From Diplonema japonicum (lineage: Eukaryota > Protista > Euglenozoa: Diplonemea): a stretch of DNA of 64,000 bases. Position numbers and translations under genes: made by a program. The stretch lies in NCBI GenBank assembly GCA_964019335.1, contig OZ025696.1, forward strand, positions 372,001 through 436,000. The letters are read 5' to 3'. Positions 42,901 through 50,443 of this stretch are shown here, in pieces (position 1 is the first letter of the stretch; every line of letters begins with the position of its first letter). The notes below the pieces were generated by a model. It worked only from the letters and a program-made list of their open reading frames with translations. It had not been told where the DNA came from and ran no database searches.

Positions 42901-45900
42901 CAACCCAGTAACCCTGACCCCTCTCACCGTACTGGCACCCGAACTCCCACCACTCACCATTCCAACCCCAAGGACCAGGAGAGGGACACTTCACAGCAGC
43001 ACACCCCATGGCATAGATGTTCGAGGAAGACATCTGTGTGTAGTGAGAAGTGACACCACCATTAGAACTGTCAGAGGCCCAGTTGTAGTCATCCTTCTCA
43101 TCCCACCAGCTCTGTCCAAGGTACCCAGGAGTGCCATCACTCATCAATGCCTCACAAGCAGTACCAGCACAGTAAGCAAGGTTCTCACCAAGGTACTCAA
43201 ACCCACCGACATCCTTGCGAACAGTGTTCTGGTCAGAGTGGGGCCAGTTCGAGTCACACCTCCCAATGTGTCCACGGATGGTCGCAGCAATGTTGGTGTC
43301 CCACCTGACCTTGTGCATGTCCTTGGCGGGAGGGCTTGTGTTGGAACGCCATTCGTTGTGCTTGTCGAGGATGGCCTGCTCCCAAACAGACAGTGGGCAA
43401 GATGAACCACCACCACCACCACCGGAAGAAGGTGCCGAGGTGACAGGAGCAGGAGGTGCTGGTGTTGGGTTTGAGGGAGGGGAGTTTCCATCATTGCACA
43501 GACCAGGGTTCTTGGTGAAAACAGAAGAATCAGGTTCAATGAGGCCACCAGAGCCCTGTTCGAAAGGCTTGGTACCAACCCAGTAACCCTGACCCCTCTC
43601 ACCGTACTGGCACCCGAACTCCCACCACTCACCGTTCCAACCCCAAGGACCAGGAGAGGGACACTTCACAGCAGCACACCCCATGGCATAGATGTTCGAG
43701 GAAGACATCTGTGTGTAGTGAGAAGTGACACCACCATTAGAACTGTCAGAAGCCCAGTTGTAGTCATCCTTCTCATCCCACCAGCTCTGTCCAAGGTACC
43801 CAGGAGTGCCATCACTCATCAATGCCTCACAAGCAGTACCAGCACAGTAAGCAAGGTTCTCACCAAGGTACTCAAACCCACCGACATCCTTGCGAACAGT
43901 GTTCTGGTCAGAGTGGGGCCAGTTCGAGTCACACCTCCCAATGTGTCCACGGATGGTCGCAGCAATGTTGGTGTCCCACCTGACCTTGTGCATGTCCTTG
44001 GCGGGAGGGCTTGTGTTGGAACGCCATTCGTTGTGCTTGTCGAGGATGGCCTGCTCCCAAACAGACAGAGGGCAAGATGAACCACCGCCACCACCACCAC
44101 CGCCAGAAGAAGAAGGTGCCGAGGTAACAGGAGCAGGAGGTGCTGGTGTTGGGTTTGAGGGAGGGGAGTTTCCATCATTGCACAGACCAGGGTTCTTGGT
44201 GAAAACAGAAGAATCAGGTTCAATGAGGCCACCAGAGCCCTGTTCGAAAGGCTTGGTACCAACCCAGTAACCCTGACCCCTCTCACCGTACTGGCACCCG
44301 AACTCCCACCACTCACCATTCCAACCCCAAGGACCAGGAGAGGGACACTTCACAGCAGCACACCCCATGGCATAGATGTTCGAGGAAGACATCTGTGTGT
44401 AGTGGGAAGTGACACCACCATTAGAACTGTCAGAGGCCCAGTTGTAGTCATCCTTCTCATCCCACCAGCTCTGTCCAAGGTACCCAGGAGTGCCATCACT
44501 CATCAATGCCTCACAAGCAGTACCAGCACAGTAAGCAAGGTTCTCACCAAGGTACTCGTACCCACCGACATCCTTGCGAACAGTGTTCTGGTCAGAGTGG
44601 GGCCAGTTCGAGTCACACCTCCCAATGTGTCCACGGATGGTCGCAGCAATGTTGGTGTCCCACCTGACCTTGTGCATGTCCTTGGCGGGAGGGCTTGTGT
44701 TGGAACGCCATTCGTTGTGCTTGTCAAGGATGGCCTGCTCCCAAACAGACAGAGGGCAAGATGAACCACCACCACCACCACCGCCAGAAGAAGGTGCCGA
44801 GGTGACAGGAGCAGGAGGTGCTGGTGTTGGGTTTGAGGGAGGGGAGTTTCCATCATTGCACAGACCAGGGTTCTTGGTGAAAACAGAAGAATCAGGTTCA
44901 ATGAGGCCACCAGAGCCTTGTTCGAATGGCTTGGTACCAACCCAGTAACCCTGACCCCTCTCACCGTACTGGCACCCGAACTCCCACCACTCACCGTTCC
45001 AACCCCAAGGACCAGGAGAGGGACACTTCACAGCAGCACACCCCATGGCATAGATGTTCGAGGAAGACATCTGTGTGTAGTGGGAAGTGACACCACCATT
45101 AGAACTGTCAGAAGCCCAGTTGTAGTCATCCTTCTCATCCCACCAGCTCTGCCCAAGGTACCCAGGAGTGCCATCACTCATCAATGCCTCACAAGCAGTA
45201 CCAGCACAGTAAGCAAGGTTCTCACCAAGGTACTCGTACCCACCGACATCCTTGCGAACCGTGTTTTGGTCAGAGTGGGGCCAGTTCGAGTCACACCTCC
45301 CAATGTGTCCACGGATTGTCGCAGCAATGTTGGTGTCCCACCTGACCTTGTGCATGTCCTTGGCGGGAGGGCTTGTGTTGGAACGCCATTCATTGTGCTT
45401 GTCAAGGATGGCCTGCTCCCAAACAGACAGAGGGCAAGATGAACCACCACCACCACCGCCAGAAGAAGAAGGTGCCGAGGTGACAGGAGCAGGAGGTGCT
45501 GGTGTTGGGTTCGAGGGAGGGGAGTTTCCATCATTGCACAGACCAGGGTTCTTGGTGAAAACAGAAGAATCAGGTTCAATGAGGCCACCAGAGCCCTGTT
45601 CAAAGGGCTTGGTACCAACCCAGTAACCCTGACCCCTCTCACCGTACTGGCACCCGAACTCCCACCACTCACCGTTCCAACCCCAAGGACCAGGAGAGGG
45701 ACACTTCACAGCAGCACACCCCATGGCATAGATGTTCGAGGAAGACATCTGTGTGTAGTGAGAAGTGACACCACCATTAGAACTGTCAGAAGCCCAGTTG
45801 TAGTCATCCTTCTCATCCCACCAGCTCTGTCCAAGGTACCCAGGAGTGCCATCACTCATCAATGCCTCACAAGCAGTACCAGCACAGTAAGCAAGGTTCT

Positions 45901-46843
45901 CACCAAGGTACTCAAACCCACCGACATCCTTGCGAACAGTGTTCTGGTCAGAGTGGGGCCAGTTCGAGTCACACCTCCCAATGTGTCCACGGATGGTCGC
46001 AGCAATGTTGGTGTCCCACCTGACCTTGTGCATGTCCTTGGCGGGAGGGCTTGTGTTGGAACGCCATTCGTTGTGCTTGTCGAGGATGGCCTGCTCCCAA
46101 ACAGACAGAGGGCAAGATGAACCACCGCCACCGCCACCACCACCACCGCCAGAAGAAGAAGGTGCCGAGGTGACAGGAGCAGGAGGTGCTGGTGTTGGGT
46201 TCGAGGGAGGGGAGTTTCCATCATTGCACAGACCAGGGTTCTTGGTGAAAACAGAAGAATCAGGTTCAATGAGGCCACCAGAGCCTTGTTCGAAAGGCTT
46301 GGTACCAACCCAGTAACCCTGACCCCTCTCACCGTACTGGCACCCGAACTCCCACCACTCACCATTCCAACCCCAAGGACCAGGAGAGGGACACTTCACA
46401 GCAGCACACCCCATGGCATAGATGTTCGAGGAAGACATCTGTGTGTAGTGAGAAGTGACACCACCATTAGAACTGTCAGAGGCCCAGTTGTAGTCATCCT
46501 TCTCATCCCACCAGCTCTGCCCAAGGTACCCAGGAGTGCCATCACTCATCAATGCCTCACAAGCAGTACCAGCACAGTAAGCAAGGTTCTCACCAAGGTA
46601 CTCAAACCCACCGACATCCTTACGAACAGTGTTCTGGTCAGAGTGGGGCCAGTTCGAGTCACACCTCCCAATGTGTCCACGGATGGTCGCAGCAATGTTT
46701 GTGTCCCACCTGACCTTGTGCATGTCCTTGGCGGGAGGGCTTGTGTTGGAACGCCATTCGTTGTGCTTGTCAAGGATGGCCTGCTCCCACACTGAGAGTG
46801 TGCATGTCGCAGACAGTACACTGACGTAAAACGCCAGCAACAT
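39992..46843 (-). CDS. Surface protein D: 6 CAP domains (type II), stalk matching gene B, EGF-like region, TM, tail
   Basis: Start at MLLAFYVS; six ~680-bp CAP repeats. Confidence 0.95.
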   Translation of the reverse strand: MLLAFYVSVLSATCTLSVWEQAILDKHNEWRSNTSPPAKDMHKVRWDTNIAATIRGHIGRCDSNWPHSDQNTVRKDVGGFEYLGENLAYCAGTACEALMSDGTPGYLGQSWWDEKDDYNWASDSSNGGVTSHYTQMSSSNIYAMGCAAVKCPSPGPWGWNGEWWEFGCQYGERGQGYWVGTKPFEQGSGGLIEPDSSVFTKNPGLCNDGNSPPSNPTPAPPAPVTSAPSSSGGGGGGGGGGSSCPLSVWEQAILDKHNEWRSNTSPPAKDMHKVRWDTNIAATIRGHIGRCDSNWPHSDQNTVRKDVGGFEYLGENLAYCAGTACEALMSDGTPGYLGQSWWDEKDDYNWASDSSNGGVTSHYTQMSSSNIYAMGCAAVKCPSPGPWGWNGEWWEFGCQYGERGQGYWVGTKPFEQGSGGLIEPDSSVFTKNPGLCNDGNSPPSNPTPAPPAPVTSAPSSSGGGGGGSSCPLSVWEQAILDKHNEWRSNTSPPAKDMHKVRWDTNIAATIRGHIGRCDSNWPHSDQNTVRKDVGGYEYLGENLAYCAGTACEALMSDGTPGYLGQSWWDEKDDYNWASDSSNGGVTSHYTQMSSSNIYAMGCAAVKCPSPGPWGWNGEWWEFGCQYGERGQGYWVGTKPFEQGSGGLIEPDSSVFTKNPGLCNDGNSPPSNPTPAPPAPVTSAPSSGGGGGGGSSCPLSVWEQAILDKHNEWRSNTSPPAKDMHKVRWDTNIAATIRGHIGRCDSNWPHSDQNTVRKDVGGYEYLGENLAYCAGTACEALMSDGTPGYLGQSWWDEKDDYNWASDSSNGGVTSHYTQMSSSNIYAMGCAAVKCPSPGPWGWNGEWWEFGCQYGERGQGYWVGTKPFEQGSGGLIEPDSSVFTKNPGLCNDGNSPPSNPTPAPPAPVTSAPSSSGGGGGGGGSSCPLSVWEQAILDKHNEWRSNTSPPAKDMHKVRWDTNIAATIRGHIGRCDSNWPHSDQNTVRKDVGGFEYLGENLAYCAGTACEALMSDGTPGYLGQSWWDEKDDYNWASDSSNGGVTSHYTQMSSSNIYAMGCAAVKCPSPGPWGWNGEWWEFGCQYGERGQGYWVGTKPFEQGSGGLIEPDSSVFTKNPGLCNDGNSPPSNPTPAPPAPVTSAPSSGGGGGGSSCPLSVWEQAILDKHNEWRSNTSPPAKDMHKVRWDTNIAATIRGHIGRCDSNWPHSDQNTVRKDVGGFEYLGENLAYCAGTACEALMSDGTPGYLGQSWWDEKDDYNWASDSSNGGVTSHYTQMSSSNIYAMGCAAVKCPSPGPWGWNGEWWEFGCQYGERGQGYWVGTKPFEQGSGGLIEPDSSVFTKNPGLCKDKVAGTTTSPATSAPDTTAPSTAAPDTTAPSTSTPATSAPSTSAPDTTAPSTNPPDTTAPTTGVPDTVAPKTDAPDTTAPKTSAPDTTAPATGVPETVAPDTSAPDTDAPKTQVPTTLVPGKSGAPDTTAPDTDAPATAAPATGAPATSAPATTAPVTGAPDTVAPDTMPPVTDAPETTAPETEAPDTGAPDTPVPMTLVPGKSGAPDTAAPDTDAPKTTAPDTDAPKTQAPITRSPRTDPPVTVSPETSAPDTGAPKTQTPSTLAPGKTGAPATMAPETNVPETTAPKTSAPATDAPSTLTPGKTGAPETSAPSTRAPSTRAPDTTAPRTQVPTTLVPGETAAPDTMAPKTQVPKTLVPGETVAPDTNAPKTEVPKTLVPGETAAPDTMAPKTQVPKTLVPGETAAPDTMAPKTQVPKTLVPGETAAPDTTAPKTEVPKTLVPGETAAPDTMAPKTQVPKTLVPGETAAPDTTAPKTEVPKTLVPGETAAPDTMAPKTQVPRTLVPGETAAPDTMAPATQVPKTLVPGETASPATEAPSTARPSTLAPGQTKAPSTDVPKTRAPGTPVPASVGSECGRKPCGSDQDCHDPSEKAGDFVCMCRGASVRAVGERAECEFDECAEAKKTGLSLCGGDQNCRDPETAADSRGDYVCTCKTDADRKRVGGKVGVCERDECEDSPCGDKQTCTDDDKRVTPKKNFECSCKGTTAVGMVAVCEAGPVDECSSSPCGADQVCTDPVQTAGSTGDFVCSCKEGTSKATGEAVTDCKVGAEAPGCEADPCKAGEECTATEKGFRCSCGWGTGSRENGPVGSCGYDECFVRKDGLEAPSSGSSSSGPCGEEQECEDPMKTFDSVKDYTCTCKKGSKEPATGRPVEKCGDDDSFNWLPVILGILGGLLAICGIAAAVVMRKKKSSGPSIQEFMTYTEPEYSAKNGEMETFKL

Positions 46844-47240
46844 GGTGTGTGTAGGTAACCTGATGTGATAGAGTAAAATCAAGTAATAAATTAGAACAGC
46901 AAAAGTAGAGCACAAGCATTGGGGCTGTAAGTAGGGGGGGGGGGGGGGAAGAAGAAAAGTCAGCTAGTTTGGAAAAAAAGATGGGTCTGCTTTTGATAGA
47001 CTAGGGAAGATGTAAAAGAATAAAATAAAAAGGGGGGGGGAAGGAAAAAGAAAAACGAAATTATAATAGATTCCGTGCCAAATGCATGCTGCAACAAAGA
47101 GCATAACTTATGAAGGAAGACCCTCATATGTATGTATAAAATTGGTTCTCAAGGGGGGGGGGGGGGGGGTGGTAAAGTGGGTTTTTTCAAATTCGGAAAT
47201 GCAGAACACTTACACCATGTAAAACGTCCCTTTCTCGACA

Positions 47241-48385
47241 AAGAGGAACTGGCCGTTGTTTGTACGTGCCGGGCTTGGAAGGGAGGGAGTTGGGAGGGAG
47301 GGTGGGAGTCAACCCCGACCTTCATAAGGTCTTGCGCTTCTTTGAATAGTGCTGACGCGGCGGCGTAGGCGTTGTAGGTCTCTTGCGCTCGAGGGCCTTT
47401 TTTGCCACCGAGTCGACGTAATCCGACTTTTTGGTGGCCGCCCTCGCCCTCGAGTACTCCTCGGGACCGAACTTGTCCCAGGCCACTTTCTCGGCGCGGG
47501 CGGCGAAGGCCGCGCCCCTGGCCTTCCGAACGAGGAATTCGTCGTTCGGCGAGGAGTTGCGAATCCAGAGGGATTCCAAGCGAACTATTGCCACGTGCAA
47601 AAAGGGCAAGTGGTCTACAGACCATACTCCGTCCACGAGCAAGGCCAACATGCCTCTGATCCAGACTCTGGACTCATGCTCCTCGGCGGTTCCGTCTGAA
47701 ACCGGGTCCTCAGGCAACCTGATGCCGTAACGGGATTCGACCCTCTGCATGATGAGGGCGGCTGTGGTAGGGGAGGAAACTAGGGGGGCCCAAGCCGAGA
47801 CCCTCCGTACGTCAAACTCCAACGGGAGTACCGGTAAGGCATTCGACGCCTCGACGCGGTTACGGAGACGCTCGTTCTCCGCCTTCAACTCAGCGATCTG
47901 AGCGAAGACCAAGCGGAGACTCTCCGCATTGGTTTGGACCTCACTGAGGTCTGGTGATGGAGGGGACTCCACCTCCGGGTCCGTCTGGACCAAAGCTTCA
48001 CCAAGCTTTTTAACCGCCCAAATGCAAGGGGGGCACACCCACCGGGTAGAATCTTCCACTGGAAGAAACGCCTGACTTAGGGGTGGCGGGCAGCGAGAGG
48101 ACAAACATGTCCTCTGCCCTTTAGCGCCACACCTCGCACAGTGAACCGCAGTGTCACCGTGCGAGGTGTCGCACTCCTCGAAGATGCAATCCGCGAGGTG
48201 AGGGGCGCGAGTGCTTCCCGATGGGTACTCGAGGTCCGCGTATTGGACCAGATCATCCCAGTCTAGTGCCGTCATTTTGTTTGTACGTGCCGGGTAAAAC
48301 CTGGAGAAGTTTGTCAACCCGAAACACGTTGCCAACGTTCCCCTTTTGTTTAGACAAGTCAAAGACTCGTTCTTGCACAAAAAAT
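47241..48385 (-). mobile_element. Split-repeat element: the ~115-bp repeat interrupted by a ~1-kb ORF cassette bounded by 18-bp direct repeats (putative internally deleted VIPER/DIRS-like element)
   Basis: ttgtttgtacgtgccggg occurs at 47256-47273 and 48277-48294; the outer flanks reconstitute the solo repeat. Confidence 0.75.
47322..48275 (-). CDS. PHD-like finger plus coiled-coil, gag/ORF1-like protein (317 aa)
   Basis: ATG lies 1 nt after the direct repeat; CIFEEC..CARC..QRTC..WVCPPC; heptads LRLVFAQIAELKAENERLRNRVE; basic C-terminus. Confidence 0.7.
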   Translation of the reverse strand: MTALDWDDLVQYADLEYPSGSTRAPHLADCIFEECDTSHGDTAVHCARCGAKGQRTCLSSRCPPPLSQAFLPVEDSTRWVCPPCIWAVKKLGEALVQTDPEVESPPSPDLSEVQTNAESLRLVFAQIAELKAENERLRNRVEASNALPVLPLEFDVRRVSAWAPLVSSPTTAALIMQRVESRYGIRLPEDPVSDGTAEEHESRVWIRGMLALLVDGVWSVDHLPFLHVAIVRLESLWIRNSSPNDEFLVRKARGAAFAARAEKVAWDKFGPEEYSRARAATKKSDYVDSVAKKALERKRPTTPTPPRQHYSKKRKTL

Positions 48386-48412
48386 CGATTTCCGCCCGGT
48401 ACTGTTTACTGT

Positions 48413-48744
48413 TGGGCACCTACAAGGCATTATTTTGCATTTTTAAAACTGGTGACCACGGTTTGGTACCTGGCCTGTTGTCTCCCCTGTAGTTTCTGAG
48501 AATTTGACCATGGTTTGTGCCACCCTTTGAACGCGGCTCTTTAGGACGCCGCTACTGTTTGAACGGCTGAGTACTGTCTTACATTGTCCGATTGTGAACT
48601 TTTCTGTGTTTTGCGCGGCATTTCTGATGGATATCTATCATTTTCCCGAGGTTAGGATGGTAAGTTTGTTTTTGCAAATATTTCAAGTACCAAACTGTGG
48701 TCACTGTTTTTCAAAAATACAGATAAAGCCTTAACAAGTGCCCA
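48413..48744. mobile_element. ~330-bp MITE-like element with ~60-bp imperfect terminal inverted repeats
   Basis: Left tgggcacctacaaggcattattttgcatttttaaaactggtgaccacggtttggtac vs reverse complement of right tgggcacttgttaaggctttatctgtatttttgaaaaacagtgaccacagtttggtac. Confidence 0.75.
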
Positions 48745-48883
48745 GAAATGCTCTAATCCGGCGAATTTTGATTTTTTGGTTAATTTGGAGGGTATTGGGC
48801 GGTTTTTTTCACCTTAGGGGAAAAGATTTTAAAAAACTTTTTTTTTTCACGTTTACCACGTTTTAAGACCATGTGACCCCCCC

Positions 48884-49061
48884 TAGGGCTATGCTGGCAG
48901 GAAACGTGGGAAACGTTTCCGTTTCCGTTCCCGTTTCCATACTTTTCAAAATTCTTATGGAAACGCGTTTCTTTCTTAAGGAACAAGGAAACGTTTCCGT
49001 TTCCGTATCCGTTTCCCTTTTTTTCAAAAAATGCATGGAAACGCGTTTCAGCATAGCCCTG
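48884..49061. mobile_element. 178-bp hAT-like MITE
   Basis: TIR (T/C)AGGGCTATGCTG; interior of GGAAAC/GTTTCC and CCGTTT motifs in two ~65-bp direct repeats; no TSD seen. Confidence 0.7.
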
Positions 49062-49383
49062 GGGGGGGGGGGGGAAGGGGAAAAGAAACGCCAGAAAATG
49101 TGGCGGCAAGGGGAACGGCAGGGGGGAAGAAAAATATTCTTGTAATTCTTATAGAAATTTAATTTCTACTATACATGGCACAGGGCATCATTGATGGGAA
49201 AGTAAGTATCCCGCTCATGATTCCGTCCTGAAAACTCTGCGTTTCGCAACTGTTTTCGAAATTTAAAAAAAAAAAAGCCGTGTTGCTGCTTTTATAAATT
49301 TAGTTGTTTAGTAACTCTGGCCGGCTTAAAAGGACTTGTCCAATGCAAGATGCAACACCCCCAGGAAATGTCGGTGGTCCGGA

Positions 49384-49414
<31 letters not shown>

Positions 49415-49544
49415 CTCCTTCCTTGGCGGGAGATTTCTCTGGTTCACGGTATCTTGATTTTTTATTCCCACAAAATGTATCTCGTTTTTATAATTTTAAA
49501 AAAAAAAAAAATAAAATAAAATAAAAAAAGGAAGAAAAAAAGAA

Positions 49545-50187
49545 ACTCATAGTAAAAGACAATCCCACTTAGGGAGGACAGCCTCTTGTGGTCTGAGTTC
49601 CTATCTCTCCCCTTCTGGAGCATAGCCTTCGTTCCGATTGTCGCCTTTAAAGCTTTCCGTAGTTTCGACACGCGGTCTTTCTTGTATGTCCCTTTCAACT
49701 CCTGTAGCTTTTGCGCTGTCTGTCTTGATGCGAAGATCGGTCTCCTGTTGAAGCCTATTGCAGCCTTGCCTCCGATCGCTGTGAGCGACTTGACCCTCTT
49801 GGCCCCGTCCGGCGTCTTATCCGACTCGTTCTACACACCGCGTTGGCTCTCTCCACCAACAGCTTGATTCTGTGTGCCTTCCTTTGCAGGTTGTAGGCTC
49901 CCAGTGACTTACCGGTCGTCTCCTCGAAGTCGACAGCAAGTTCAGCTGCTGAAACCTCCGAGTCGGTGTCGCCCTCTACCCACCGCAGCTTTCCCATCCA
50001 TTCCAATAGTGGTTCCCTGAATTGCTCCAGCAGTCCCACCACTGTCCCCAGCTGTGCTGTCGTCGGTACCGGGGTCACTTTGCCTGTCACTTCCCGCTCC
50101 CATGGCAGCTTCTTGTTGCCGCCTTCTGCCTGCATCAGCCCTTCGGTCCTGCTTCTCCACCACCATTGCAAGGTATCGCTGCAGCTT
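49545..50187 (-). mobile_element. 3' fragment of a third LINE family (C-terminal domain only, frameshifted)
   Basis: EWMGKLRW..SEVSAAELAVDFEETTGKSL..RKAHRI, then VKSLTAIGGKAAIGFNRRPIFAS in another frame; homologous to the LINE-A and LINE-B C-termini. Confidence 0.85.
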
Positions 50188-50443
50188 AGAAAAAAAAAAA
50201 AAAAAGAATTCTCGTTTTTTTTTTTTTTTTTTTTTTTTTTTCCCCCTCGTTCCAAATTAATTAAGTACAAACACATGGGTACAAAAAAACGAAACGAAAA
50301 AAAAAAAGGGAAAAAAAAAAAAAAAGCAACAGGGGGCTAGCAAAAGCTCCCAACTGTGCAGAGGTATATAAAGCCTTCAAAAAAGAAAAAACTCGATCTA
50401 TTTTTGCGGTGCGCTGGTTGGTGCCCACCGTGGACGGGGGATC

